A DNA stretch of 64,000 bases. Source: Octopus sinensis. Taxonomy: Eukaryota. Both the position numbers and the translations under genes were made by a program. Each line of letters opens with the position of its first letter. Positions within the stretch are counted from its first letter, which is position 1. The notes under the pieces were generated by a model that did not search any database, was not told where the DNA came from, and saw only the letters and a list, made by a program, of their open reading frames with translations. Location of the stretch: assembly GCF_006345805.1 (NCBI RefSeq), contig NC_043014.1, positions 36,890,001 through 36,954,000 on the forward strand. The letters are read 5' to 3'. Shown piece after piece: positions 50,326-64,000 of this stretch.

Positions 50326-50811
50326 CGATGGGCTTCTTTCAGTTCCTGTCTATCTAATCCACTCACAAGGCTTTGGTCGGCCTGCGGCTATAGTAAAAGA
50401 CACTTGCCCAAGGTGTCATGCAGTGGGACTGAACACAGAACCATGTGGTTCATAAGCAAGCTACTTACCACACAGCCACTCCTTCGTTGATAAAATTTCT
50501 ACTTGTTGACTGGATATAATTTTCTTCAAAAAACCTATTTGCTACACAATTTGTTTATTTAGCATGCTTTTGTATAAAGCTTTCCCAACACTTACATTTG
50601 TGTGTAATCTACTTTGGGTTTGTTGTTCAAATATCAGCTCTTTAAGCAAATGGGTTCCCAGTAAATTATCTGTGTATGTAGTCTGCTCTTTGTTCATTTT
50701 AGCATGTTATGCAAGAGTAATTTTCTGAAGGAAATTACAGAAAAACTGTTATTCAATTTGTTTGTAATTTATCACTTCTGATGAACATCCTCACATTTGT
50801 TTGTTTTTTTC

Positions 50812-51182
50812 GAGTGGCTGTGTGGTAAGTAGCTTGTTTACCAACCACATGGTTCCGGGTTCAGTCCCACTGCGTGGCACATTGGGCAAGTATCTTCTGC
50901 TATAGCCTCGGGCCGACCAAAGCCTTGTGAGTGGATTTGGTAGACGGAAACTGAAAAGAAGCCCGTCGTGTATATGTATGTGTGTGTCTGTGTTTGTCCC
51001 TCTAGCATTGCTTGACAACTGATGCTGGTGTGTTTATGTCCCCGTTACTTAGCGGTTCGGCAAAAGAGACCGATAGAATAAGTACTGGGCTTACAAAAGA
51101 ATAAGTCCCGGGGTCGAGTTGCTCGATTAAAGGCGGTGCTCCAGCATGGCCGCAGTCAAATGACTGAAACAAGTAAAAGAGT
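50812..51182 (+). mobile_element. tRNA-derived SINE (GGAGTGGCTGTGTGG family)
   Basis: Full-length copy; inverted, deleted copy at 51525-51860. Confidence 0.85.
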
Positions 51183-52322
51183 ATATATATATATAGAGAG
51201 AGAGAGAGATACATACACACATGAGAAAGGTAGATAGAAATGAGATTTCTTTATCCAAAGTGCTCTTCCTTTTAAAAGACACTAGAATGTGATTTGAGTG
51301 AGATCTGGTTTCTATTTTAATTGACAGTCTCCTTTGCCATAACAGCCAAATTAGTGTCCTTGTTCATGTGTTAAGCACCAATTTCTATGAGCAATATTTG
51401 AGAAGTAAAGACATTCTAAAGGCAACAATTCCTCTTTGAAAATCCTCTTGGAATCAGTTGTGATTCACATAATACTTAATTATTCACAAAACCCTTTAAA
51501 ACTTAAAGACTAGGCTAATCTCTTTTACTCTTTTACTTGTTTCAGTCATTTTGACTGCAGCCATGCTGGAGCACCGCCTTTAGTCGAACAAATTGACCCC
51601 AGGACTTATTCTTTGTAAGCCTAGTACTTATTCTATCAGTCTCTTTTGCGGAACCGCTAAGTTACGGGGACGTAAACACACCAGCATCGGTTGTCAAGCG
51701 ATGTTGGAGGCACAAACACAGACACACAAACATACACACACATACATATATATATATACATATATACGACGAAGACATTTTCCCAAGGTGCCATGCAGTA
51801 GGACTGAACTCGGAACCATGTGGTTAGTAAGCAAGATACTTACCACACAGCCACTCCTATGCCCAATCTGTTGAGAAAAATCACAAAAATCTATTTCATA
51901 TGTCTGTCTCTCCAGATACGCTTTAACCTGAAATTACCCCCTGATTCAGTGAGACAGCCTTCCTTTTTTTAAATGATCTAAATTAAAATCTTCCATCAAA
52001 ATTTCATGTTGATTTATGTTACAAATACCAGCTTAATAATGAGAAAGTTATTTTACTAAATTCTTCATTATTTTTAAAATAATTGAAACAAAAGCAGTGT
52101 TTTTGACATGGGCACAGGAGTGGCTGTGTGGTAAGTAGTTTCCTTACCAACCACATGGTTCCGGGTTCAGTCCCACTGTGTGGCACCTTGGGCGAGTGTC
52201 TTCTACTACTGCTAGCAAATACACATTTCACATGCATTGAGTATGTATGGTCAGTAATGTTTATATATATAGATAGATAGACAAAGTGGATTTTGTAGAC
52301 AAAAACTGAAAGAAGCCCGTCG

Positions 52323-52353
<31 letters not shown>

Positions 52354-53477
52354 TTATGTTTGTGTCTGTGTTTGTCCCCCCACCCAACATCGCTTGGCAA
52401 CCGATGCTGGTGTGTTTATGTCCCTGTAACTTAGCAGTTTGGCAAAAAAGAACAATAGAATAAGTACTAGGCTTTCAAAGAATAAGTCCTGGGGTCGATT
52501 TGCTCAACAAAAGGCGATGCTCCAGCATGGCCGCAGTAAAACTTAAAAATTTAATAAAAGTTATTTTATTAAATTTTTCATTATTTTCTAAATAAATTGA
52601 AACAAAAGCAGTGTTTTTGACAGAAATTTTAAGAAAGGGTTACCACTATCCCTTGGCCCTGTGGTGCTTTTATTGCAATCTACCCTCTTGCAAGCATTTG
52701 GACCAGATATCCAATTTGAGGATAACTTTGTCTTAATGTACCTTTTACCGACTGCACTTCCGTTGTATGGGGCTTTCTGTTTGTTACAGGATTCAGTGGA
52801 GTTGTGTCACCAGATTTGACTGAGGCCTAATTCCGTGACTAACCTTGAGAGACTGTTTTTTCAAGTGAACACAGCTATTGACTTCCTGCTGGGCTGCTTC
52901 CACATTTTAAAGTGAACTGAAACCCACAATTTATATCTTCCTTCCTTTTCCACAATAGTCATGGAAATCTTGCAAAAATCATTGGTGCTGTCTTCTTGTC
53001 GCTTGGTAGTAAATATAGAAAAAATCTTTTGCCATTTTTAAACAATATAAAAACATTTTACCATACAAGCAAATTTCAATAGTTGTACTTAGATGTACTT
53101 GTTCTTTTGAAAGGCCAATTTTGTATCTTGTAGTCTCATTTATATTTCTGTATGATGTATCATCAGAAAATATAACATTTAGATTCATTAAAAAGAATAG
53201 AGAACAATTTAAAGTTCAACTGGTAAAGGGTTAATGCATTTAATATTGGGACAGTAGAATTTTAGAAAATCAACTAGGAAAAAGTAGCTAGCATATTTAA
53301 GATGCTATACTTCTAGGTTACTTAGTTTTTTTTGTTTAAGTTGTTGAGGTAATAATATTGAAAGGAGATATATATTTAACATTTGCTTTGTGGGGTGATA
53401 CTGAAGAAAGTTTATGTAAAATGATGATCCTCATGTTTTTGCAACTGCATTTGTTTTGTTTCAATTACATCTTCAAA

Positions 53478-55946
53478 CTCGAAGCGATAAGATTCGTTTC
53501 AGCTTCGCATGACTGCTTGGTACTAGGCGACTTCAACGCTCCCACGATCGATTGGCCCGCATCAATTTGTACAACATCTTCCCGGTTCGGCCAGGCCCTT
53601 CTTGACGTGGCTGAAGATTGTTTTCTATCGCAACATGTTGAATATCCGACAAGGCATCGGTCTGGGCAGCAGCCATCTATGCTAGATCTGGTATTCTCCC
53701 GCTATCCAAGATCAGTGTCAGACGTATCTGTGTGCGCCCCTCTTGCCAAGAGTGATCATGCAGTCCTGAAGTTCGTCATGCACACAACTTTTTGCACGCC
53801 CACGATTACTTCGCTGCCACGTAAGTCTTCTCTGCAATTAATCTTGAAATTCTAACCGAGGCTTCCGCGCTTCTGGACTGGCGTTCCCTGATGACGTTGT
53901 CCTCAGTTGACGAACTATGGTCATCCCTCAAAGCATATGTAATCTGTTTGACTGACCAGGCAGTTCCCGTTGGACTTCCAAGAGGAAGAAACACAAGCCC
54001 TGGGTGACGAAAAGGTTAAACGAGAACGTCGACTCAGAGATATTGCTTGGGCTGAATTAAAAAATCTGGATTCGACTGCAGCTTTTGAGGTGTACAAAAC
54101 TCAACGAGACCGAGCCGTGAAAATTGAAAAGAAAGAACGCTTCAGTTATGAATACAAAATCGCGGCAAATGCCAGTAGCAATCCAAAAACCTTCTTTGCC
54201 CATGTCCAGCGGAATTCCCGCTTGAACAACCAGATTGCAACGTTGGTAGACTCAACAGGCGTATCGATTGAGGACCCTTATCAACAGAGTCAATTATTTG
54301 CCGAGGCTTTTTCAACTATTTTCAACAAGATGATGGTCGTGAACCCCTCCATTTGATAGATCGGTACCTCCAATGCTTCGATTGATCATCATGCGGACCA
54401 AGTCAAACATGTTATTCAAGGCCACGGCCCTGACAGCATACACCCACGGTTTATCAAAGCGTTGGCTCCGGTCATCTGCGAGCCCTTAACACGACTATTC
54501 AATATGTCATTGGCGACGGGTGTTATACCTGCAGACTGGAGAACAGCACGATAATCTGCCAATTTTCAAGAAAGGGAGCCGCGAAGACCCGCTTAACTAC
54601 CGACCGGTTTCCCTTACATCAATAATCAGCAAGATGTTCAAAACCATCCTTAAGAAAAGTATGATGCTCCACCTCCTAAACACAGCCTCGATCACTGATT
54701 CCCAACACGGCTTCGTGCCGAAGAGATCATGCTTGACCAACTTACTAGTAATGGAAGAATTGGTGACGCGCATCCTCGATGATAGTGATGCTGTTGACAT
54801 CGTTTTATGGACTTTGCCAAAGCTTTTGACTCGGTAAACCACCGCCTACTACTTGTCAAGCTTCAAGCATATAGTTTCCATCCGGATATTGTACGATGGG
54901 TTGGTGCCTTCCTCTCAGATCGCTCCTTCCAAGTTCAAGTTAATGGTTCGCGGTCCGACGTCTCCAGTGCGAGCAGTGGCGTGCCTCAAGGTTCAGTGCT
55001 TGGGCCCTTGTTGTTCTTAGTCTTCATAAATGACTTGCCCGACGACCTCACGCAACACACCCTTCTATTTGCCGACGATATCAACTGGTCGCTCCTCGCG
55101 GTAGTATAGAGGATCTTCGTCGATGCCTCCACCAAATTTGGAAGTGGTCTAACGATTGGGACCTGTGTCTGAACGTGTCAAGTGCTGTCATCTGCCTGTC
55201 GGCTCTACTCCTGCAACTCAACTTGATTTCGAGCCGGGTCGTCTGCTGCTGGAGAGGACCGATCAGGTAAAGGACCTGGGTATCTTGGTGGATTCCTCCT
55301 TTTCGCCTTCGGCCCAGTGCGTCCATGCTGCCAACAAAGCGCGCGGAATTCTGTTTTTGATTCGACGGTCATTCGGAATGCTCACAGCAGCCATATTCCT
55401 GCCACTCTATGTCACGCTGGTGAGACCCATATTGGAGTATGGGATTCAAGCCTCTTCTCCTTATCTCCTCAAAGACATACAGCACCTCGAAAGAGTCCAG
55501 GCTGGCTACCCGCATGGTTCATGGTCTCAAAAATTTGTCCTACGAAGAAAGGCTGAGGACGCTCGACCTTTGTTCTCTTGAAAAACGCCGCCGCCGTGGT
55601 GATCTCATTCTGCCCACAACATCATAAGCGGAAGTGTAACCTCTCGAAAGAGCTGTTCTTCACTCCTGCTCCGGAGCGTCGGCTGCGGGGTCATTCCGAA
55701 AAGCTCTACCTGCGACGATTTCATCTCAATCGAAGGAGAGGAGCTTTCTCCGTCCGGGTTGCGGATCCGTGGAACAAGCTGCCAGACGAGATGGTGAAGA
55801 TGCCGACGACCGCTTTGTTCAAAGCCTCCCTGGACCTCAAGTGGCCTGAACTCTTTACATGAACACTACCCTGTACTTAACTCCATGTCCCCCTACATGG
55901 CCTTGCTATTTGCTTTTGAGCCAAATTAACTAACTAACTAACTAAA
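53478..55946 (+). mobile_element. CR1-type LINE, 5'-truncated, endonuclease C-half plus RT, (TAAC)n tail
   Basis: GDFNAPTIDW, LDLVF, SDHA, NYRPVSLTS, DFAKAFDSV, QGSVLGPLLF, LFADD, LRGHSEKL; frameshifted. Confidence 0.93.
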
Positions 55947-56748
55947 TTATTGTGTTCCAAACACCAACTTAATGATAATGAAGTCATCATCATCATCGTT
56001 TAACGTCCGTTCTCCATGCTAGCATGGGTTGGACGTTCGACCGGGGATCTGGGAAGCCAGAAGGCTGCACCAGGCTCCGGTCTTATCTGGCAACGTTTCT
56101 ACAGCTGGATGCCCTTCCTAACGCCAACCACTCCGTGAGTGTAGTGGGTGCTTTTTACGTGCCACCTGCACTGGTGCCAAGCGAGGCTGGCATCGGCCAC
56201 GGTCGGATTGGTGCATTTTATGGAAGCCAGTCGAGGCGGCACTGGCTTATTTTACTAAATTCTTCATCTATGAAGCAATTGCCCCAGCTCCCCTACAGGG
56301 TTGGCGAAAGCGATGTGGTGGACAACGAAAAACCTGGTTGATCTGGAACCCAACTTAGGTCCCCATATCTACGGTGTTCGCCACTGGAATAAGGAGTGGT
56401 TGGAGATCACGCGGTCGTTAGCCTCAAATCGCCAGGTCTGGTCGGCGTTTGTGAGAGATGCAGCACTGAGGATGAATGAAGCCAGCTCAACCCACCCTGG
56501 GTGAATGCTGTCTCAAGACAAGAAGATGATCCTCATATGCACAAACACAGCCAGAATGAAAGTTTATTTGTAGGTGTACAAGGAATAAAGCCTGTCAAAC
56601 AGATAGAGAAAATGCCATTATAAAATGTAGTATGGATAGAGAGAGAGATGACAATATTATAGTGAAATGAGATGGATTTATGAAAGCAACTGCATTTGTC
56701 TTGTTTCAATTACATCTTCAAATTATTATGTTCCAAACACCAGCTTAA

Positions 56749-56970
56749 CCCTTTTGATACCAACTCGGCTGAAACCGCTTCTGGCTCTGTAGTACAAATG
56801 TCTTGTTTTCATAAGTTTTGAATTAAAATCTTCTACCAAAATTTAGCCACAATTTATGTTCCTATCACTATCTGAATGATAACTAAGTTATTTTACTAAA
56901 TTCTTTGTTATATTTAAAATTAATTAAAAGAAACACAGATCATCTCAAAATAAATACAGTAACGAAAGGG
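56749..56970. mobile_element. piggyBac-type MITE
   Basis: TTAA TSD on both sides; CCCTTTTGATAC / GTAACGAAAGGG ends. Confidence 0.8.
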
Positions 56971-59447
56971 TTAATGATAACAGTCATTTTACTAAATTCT
57001 TCATTATTTTTTTTAAACATTATTTAAAAGAGCGGAAATGTATATCAACAAAAATATGGTAACAAGGATTAAAATACCAGTCAAATACTAGGGTGAAATT
57101 AAATATATCTACCCCCAAAATATTTGGTCTTTTGCCAGTGTTAGAAATCAACGGCATTTAACATCTTTCCTCTTTGTATTTCTCTTTCTCTTTTACTTGT
57201 TTCAGTCATTTGACTAAGTGAGCAGGCCAACAGAAGAAAGAGTGAGAGAAAGTTGTGGCGAAAGAGTACAGCTGGGATCGCCACCACCCCCTGCCAGAGC
57301 CTCATGGAGCTTTAGGTGTTTTCGCCCAATAAACATTCACAACGCCCAATCTGGGAATCGAAACTGCGATCCTACGACCGCAAGTTCGCTGCCCTAACCA
57401 CTGGGCCATTGTGCCTCCACACACACACACACACACACACATATACTGTCTCTTCCCCACTCACCCAACCAAAAATAAAATCTAGATAGTTTTAGAATGC
57501 CTTTTGTCTAGATTACAGCTAAGCTGGTGCTAAACAACAACCACCTCGTCCCCATGTTTCTGTATCTTTCTGCCTTTTCACAGTATACAGTACTTTTTTC
57601 ACTGGGCACATATGCATCATGTATTCATATGGCTGAAAATCTCCACATTTGTGTTATGTTGCATGAGCATATAAAGCATAGCCCTCACTTATTTCCATGT
57701 ACCAACATTCAAGTAAGAAGTGCACAGTTGACATTTCCATCATGACCCATAATAGAATCACTGAGGAAGTTTAACCTTTACACTATTTTCCTGAATTTTT
57801 ATTTCTAAATTAATGCAATGTATTTATACTCTGGTGAAGAACAAAGCAAGTCTTGTTCAATATGCTAGTCAATGGCATTTTAGAATAAATTTGTAAAATA
57901 TTGAAATTGCACTTAGTTATTAAACCAGGGAATGGAAGTTTGGCTGCAATGGAAAACTTTTATGCATTAGTTAATAGTAATAACAACATTCAGATATTAA
58001 CCATATTTTTACAGGAGAATTTTCAGCAGAATTCTAGTTTAAGCACCCTACTCAACCCCTCATGGCTTTTTTGTTAGTTGGAATTTTCAGAAAAGTTTTG
58101 CTAATTTGTGTTCTACAGACAGGAATTCATACAATTACGGGAAAAAAACTTCTTTTAATCTTCTTAACCTCGAAGTACTGAAGGATAACCTCAAAACATT
58201 GAACCTTTCAGGCAAGATGACAAAGGACCAAGATACCTGGTGCCTTGCTGTACTCAAGAAAACCCATCATCTAAGCGAAGTGCTTAGTGGTTATTTCATC
58301 TGCCGCTATGTTCCGAGGTCGATAAATTAAGTACCAGTTACACACTGGGGTCAATGTAATCGACTAAATCCCTTTGTCTGTTTTTGTTTGTCCCCTCTAT
58401 GTTTAGCTCCTTGTGGGCAATAAAGAAATAAGAAACGTTAGCACGCCGGGCAAAATGCTTAGCAGTATTTCATCTGCGCTACATTCTGAGTTCAAATTCC
58501 GCCGAGGTCGACTTTGTCTTTTATCCTTTCGGGGACGATTAAATAAGTACCAGTTATGCACTGGGGTTGATATAGTCGACTTAATTTGTTTGTCTGTCCT
58601 TGTTTGTCCTCTCTATGTTCAGACCCTTGTGGGTAGTAAAGAAATAGGTGTTTCATCTGCACTAGGCTCTGAGTTCAAATTCCACTGAGGTCGACTTTGC
58701 CTTTCATCCTTTTGGGGTCAATAAATTAAGTACCAATTATGCACTGGGGTCGATGTAATCGACTTAATCCCTTTGTCTGTCCTTCTTGGTCCCCTCTATG
58801 GGCAATAAAGAAATAAGAAACATGCCAAATCAGACTGGAACCTGGTGCAGCCCTCCAGCTCACCAGTTTCAGTCAAACCATCTAACCCATGCCAGCATGG
58901 AAAGCAGACGCTAAATGATGATGATGATATGAAATGTAGGTATTCGTCAGTACTACAACTGTCTTGGCTCTTCTGGCTTTTTGTTTGGCAGCCATATATC
59001 TCTATGTCAGCTCAGCTGTAGGTCACAAGCTGATCTAATCAATGAACTAGACTCGTGTCTTTAGTGGCATCCACCCTTTCCTTCTCTGATCCTTTTAAGA
59101 TAAAATTTCTTTTCATTAATATGGAACAGTTATTAACTAAGTCTTATCTTTGAAACTTATTGCATATATACATATAATAACATGTGTATTTGTGCATATG
59201 TCAATTGGTACTTAAATGTATTCTTTATTGTTTAAATGTCTGCTGCTGTTAGTATCTATAGCTGAAGTTAATTGTTTCAGCTTTTGTTTTTACAGCCTAT
59301 TGTCTTTCAAGCACTTTATTAAAATCAAGTTCAGTCAGTGCATATATTGAAGTTTGTTTTTTTATGATATGTGTGTGTGTACACATATATATATATAATA
59401 CTATACTTGTTCCATGTCCTCGCATTGTTGTGTTTTCATTTTTGGAT

Positions 59448-59484
<37 letters not shown>

Positions 59485-59706
59485 ATATCTAATGCTCGTA
59501 GCTTAGTTTTTCCTTGGGGCTGGCTGGATCGGAGCGATCTCAAGATTAATCAGCTGAAATTGCGAGGACGATCCGGTTCTTGACTGAAGATTAGAGGCTT
59601 CGAATGACCCGTCCGTTTTTTGTGTAATCTCTTTGAGTGTTTTGCGTTCTTGTTCCATTTTGTATTTTTATATATATTTTTTATACATATAAATATATAT
59701 ATATAT

Positions 59707-59921
59707 CGGCGAGCTGGCAGAAACGTTAGCACGCCGGGCGAAATGCGTAGCCGTATTTCGTCTGTCGTTACGGTCTGAGTTCAAATTCCGCCGAGGTCGA
59801 CTTTACCTTTCATCCTTTCGGGGTCGATAAATAAAGTACCAGTTTCGCACTGGGATCGATGTAATCGAGTTTGTCCTTGTTTGTTCGCTCTATGTTTAGC
59901 CTCTTGTGGGCAGTAAAGAAA
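59707..59921 (+). mobile_element. CORE-type SINE
   Basis: Family match; further copies at 58270-58820 (fragments), 60731-60962, 63096-63326. Confidence 0.85.
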
Positions 59922-59986
59922 TATATATATATATATATATGATGATGATGATGATATATATATATTTTTTTATCTTGCATTTTTAG

Positions 59987-60097
59987 GGATTCCATTTCGG
60001 AGAATGTCGTACCAGAAAAGAGATGTTGACTTGTCCGTAATACGCAAAACATTGCATTGCGATACACATGCTCTTGTTCAGCAACTTCAGCTACGAG
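59987..60097 (+). CDS. CCDC90B: MCUR1/CCDC90B family protein, exon 2 (111 nt, phase 1-1)
   Basis: ttgcattttTAG / GTACCT; RIPFRRMSYQKRDVDLSVIRKTLHCDTHALVQQLQLRG resembles the CCDC90B/MCUR1 head segment YDRRPVD..RKL.FDTHALVQDLETHG. Confidence 0.88.
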
Positions 60098-60324
60098 GTA
60101 CCTATCTTTTTTATCTATTTTATTTATTTTTTTAATATCAACCTTTCACTGCTCGTTAGACAGAATTCGTTTACAGTGATTTTCTATGGTTGGATGTTTT
60201 TCCATTTCAGGAGGATTGGAAATGAAGGATACTGCATGTATGATCATGATGCATGTTTGAAATTGTCACATTCATGTTATAAGTCATTGAATACAGTAAC
60301 TTTCAACAAAGCCAAATTATTTTC

Positions 60325-60710
60325 GCAGGAGTGGCTATGTGGTAAGTAGCTTGCTAACCAACCACATGGTTCCGGGTTCAGTCCCACTGCGTGGCACCTT
60401 GAGCAAGTGTCTTCTACTATAGCCCCGGGCCGACCAATGCCTTGTGAGTGGATTTGGTAGACGGAAACTGAAAGAAGCCTGTCATATATATGTATATATA
60501 TTTGTGTGTCTGTGTTTGTCCCCCTAGCATTGCTTGACAACCGATGCTGGTGTGTTTATGTCCCCTTCACTTAGCGGTTCGGCAAAAGAGACCGATAGAA
60601 TAAGTACTGAGCTTACAAAGAATAAGTCCCGGGGTCGATTTGCTCGACTATAGGCGGTGCTCCAGCATGGCCGCAGTCAAATGACTGAAACAAGTAAAAG
60701 AGAAAAGAGT
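60325..60710 (+). mobile_element. tRNA-derived SINE (GGAGTGGCTGTGTGG family)
   Basis: Full-length copy. Confidence 0.85.
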
Positions 60711-63700
60711 ATACAGACATAAAGAGTATAAGGCGGAGAGCTGGCAGAAACGTTAGCACACCGGGCGAAATGCGTAGCCGTATTTTGTCTGCCGTTACGT
60801 TCTGAGTTCAAATTCCGCCGAGGTCGACTTTGCCTTTCATCCTTTCGGGGTCGATTAAATAAGTACCAGTTACGCACTGGGGTCGATATAATCGACTTAA
60901 TCTGTTTGTCTGTCCTTGTTTATCCTCTCTGTGTTTAGCCCCTTGTGGGTAGTAAAGAAATAAGTATACAGACAAAATCATATTATAGATAAGATAGTAA
61001 AGGTATTAGGTCCCTAAGTAAAAACAGTTATCTTATCTTAAGCTTTTCACCTAAATAAAAAGGAAAGTTATAGCTTTAACATACATTTTCTATTCTTACC
61101 TATAATGGATATGAGATAAGAAGCAATTTGGGGCTTAGCTGCGGCAAGTATATTCACCTTTAACATCAGTCGTTCACACAGTTGGTCCTTGATACATAAA
61201 GTATCAATTATTACTAACTAATTGATACTTTATTTTATCAATCTTAGAATGGCAAAATATGAAGTCGACCTGGTTGGACTTGAACTAAGACCTCAGAGAG
61301 CATTTTGGTTTCTGCTCTACAATTTTCTACCAAAAACAAAAATATTTAATGAAATATATTGAATGATATATTGGTTTCAAATTTGGCACAAGGCAAGCAG
61401 TTGTGACGGAGGGCCCCAGTGTTCAGCTTGTCCTTATTTTACTGACCTTGAGAGGATGAAAGGCAAAGTCAAACTCGGCAGAATTTGAACTCAGAACATT
61501 AAGACAGACAAAAAGCCACTAAGCATTTTGCCTAGTATGCTAACAATTCTGCCAGCTCACCACCATATATATTGTATAATATATTAGCAACTAACTAGGT
61601 GTCTGAGAAAAGCTGTTAATTGGATTACAATTTCCCAAAATATTAATTCCATTTTTGGAATGGCAAATTTTTTTTTTTTTTAAATATTTCCATTTGCATT
61701 TTGTTTCAGTCTCTGCCACCAGCTATCTTATCCCTCAATTTGTACATAGTTTAAAACTGACAGGATTCAAACTAGAAGTTGTATTTGTTAAACTAAGTGT
61801 AGCAACCCTTAAATTCTTATCCATTAGGCTACTGATTGATGTATATATCCAGGAATACACCTAATGAGTAGCATATATTAAATTAATTGGGCATGTAAAA
61901 AGCACCCACTACACTCGCGGAGTGGTTGGCGTTAGGAAGGGCATCCAGCTGTAGAAACACTGCCAGATCAGACTGGAGCCTGGTGCAGCTCCTGGCTTCC
62001 CAGACCCCAGTCAAACCGTCCAACCTGTGCTAGCACAGAAAACGGACGTTAAACGATGATGATGAAGTCATTGGGTGCAGGGATGGCTGTGTGATTAAGA
62101 AGCTTGCTTTGCAATCACGTAGTTTTGGGTTCAGTCCCCACTGCATAGCACCTTCAGCAAATGTCTTCTACTATAGCCCTAGGCCAATCAATGCCACATG
62201 AGTAAATTTGGTAAAGCAACTGGGTAGAAGCCCATCATTTAGATAGTTGCATACAGAAGTGCCAATCACTTAAAGTGGAACTTGTGGAAGAGGGAGACCC
62301 AGGAGGATGTGGGGCAAATTACTGAAGGCCAATCTCAAGACACTAAGCCTTACGAAGGAAATGATTAAAAACTGAAATATTTGGTGCATTGCCATACTCA
62401 AGAAGACCCGTCCACCATAGCAGAATTTATACCAGTACTGGTTACACATTAAAAGCACCCAGTACACTCTGTGGAGTGGTTGGCATTAGAAAGGGCATCC
62501 ACCTGTAGAAACCATGCCACACTAGACAATGGAGTGACTTTTGGGACACCCTGTATATTAGATAGGTTGTCACATTCCAAAACAGCTCTTATTCAGTTAC
62601 TGTTTCCCCAGACAGACAGGAGAACTACATCTAGCTCAGGCACTCTATTTCTTGGCATAGTTGCTATGGCTGGATGCTTTTTCTAATACCAACCACTTGA
62701 CTGTACAGTTCAAGACATTAGTACTACAAAAGTTGTCATACTTTCAACTCTACTATAGTGTTCCCTTGACCTTATATCGTCTCCTTGTATTTGCTAACTA
62801 TTTTAGAGAGCATATTGGGTGCCTTTTATCATGGCACCAGCATTAGATAAATCACCTTGTACCTCACAAGGTTAAAGTGTTATTATTCTATGATGCCTCT
62901 TTATTCAAGGAAAGTAGGATATTTTTTTAATTGTTCTTATCTCCAAATATAGGTAAATAGTCTAGCTAAACATGACTTTTGGGGTAATGTTATCTATAAA
63001 ACTGCTTCAGTCTATAAATATATGGATGAGATAAAGAAGGATTAAATATTATAAAAGGATCAAAAAAGGTAGCTATCAATTTGACATATTAACAAGGCGG
63101 CGAGCTGGTAGAATCGTTGGCACGCCAGGCGAAATGCTTTGCGGTATTTCGTCCACCGCTGCGTTCTGAGTTCAAATTCCGCCTAGGTCGACTTTGCCTT
63201 TCATCCTTTCGGGGTCAATAAATTAAGTACCAGTTACGCACTGGGGTCGATGTAATTGACTTAATCCGTTTGTCTGTCGTTGTTTGTCCCCTCTGTGTTT
63301 AGCCCCTTGTGGGTTGTAAAGAAATATATTAACAAGGAAACTTGTCCAGTAGTTCAAATACCCCTCAAATCATTGCCTATTGTTTTTTAAAAGGGTGGTG
63401 GGGGCACAGTAGATAATGTATTCCGAAATACATTACCTAACTGAATAAAGTATGTGATAAATACATCTTTCATCATAGATTTCTTCCATCAAAGTTGACT
63501 TGGGCCTAATAATATTTATCAATGACGTTCTTTGTCTTGTCACCAAATTCTTGACCAAAAAAATTCATATAGTTAATCTTTCTGTGCAGCATCTGTCCAT
63601 GAGAAAATCATCTACATGTTTTACTATTTTCCATTGTGTCACTGACTTTAGTTTACTGTCACCTTCATTAAGGTAGCTTTGTAAAGAACTTTTTATCTTC

Positions 63701-63729
63701 TATCTATCAAAGTAAAATTGTGAAAATAG

Positions 63730-63875
63730 AATTGGAGGGAGCCTGTGGTAGAGGTAGACCCAAGACATGGGACAAGGTAGTGAAGCATGATCTTCGGACT
63801 GTAGGCCTCACAGAGGCAATGACAAGTGACTAAGACCTTTGACAAAATGCTTTGCTTGAGAAGACCCGTTGAGTC
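63730..63875 (+). mobile_element. RTE LINE 3' coding relic
   Basis: GRGRPKTWDKVVKHDLRTVGLTEAMTSD motif. Confidence 0.6.
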
Positions 63876-64000
63876 AAGTGAAATTATAGTCGTGGCTGAT
63901 ACTGATGTCCTGTAACTGGCACCTATGCTGGTGGCACATATAATAGCACCTTTCAAGTGTTGGGCTTCATAGAGGCAAGGACTGAGACCTTTGGCATTAT

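Noticed and set aside
59483-59700. Repeat with CTGAAGA..CGAA and, on the other strand, TCCTCGC (also 43800-43930), suggesting hammerhead or HDV-like ribozyme
   Set aside because: Could not build stems I/III or P1/P3 around the motifs; treated as an unclassified dispersed repeat
60098-64000. Search for MCUR1/CCDC90B exon 3 (expected GF..EQAE-like)
   Set aside because: No matching phase-1 exon found; presumably beyond the window

Overview
AT-rich, repeat-dense eukaryotic genomic DNA. The SINE families, MITEs and microsatellites suggest an octopus or other coleoid cephalopod (inference). Three intron-containing genes can be assembled by hand, mostly from exons the ORF track misses. (1) The 3' end of an unrecognised + strand gene made of symmetric phase-1 micro-exons (18, 21, 33, 48 nt) and a terminal exon, encoding a Thr/Pro-rich stalk, a WRRRS basic motif and a GPI-signal-like tail (1505-8291). 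(2) A complete 5-exon UBE2C on the - strand (41232-27843, 175 aa). (3) Exons 1-2 of an MCUR1/CCDC90B-family gene on the + strand (41571-60097), head-to-head with UBE2C across 338 bp. The remainder is tRNA-derived SINEs, a mariner pseudogene, CR1, RTE, R4 and Helitron relics, and Merlin-, hAT-, piggyBac- and pogo-type MITEs. Penelope-type minimal hammerhead ribozyme motifs also occur, including a 3-unit tandem array in the MCUR1/CCDC90B intron. All coordinates were read by eye; repeat boundaries are approximate.
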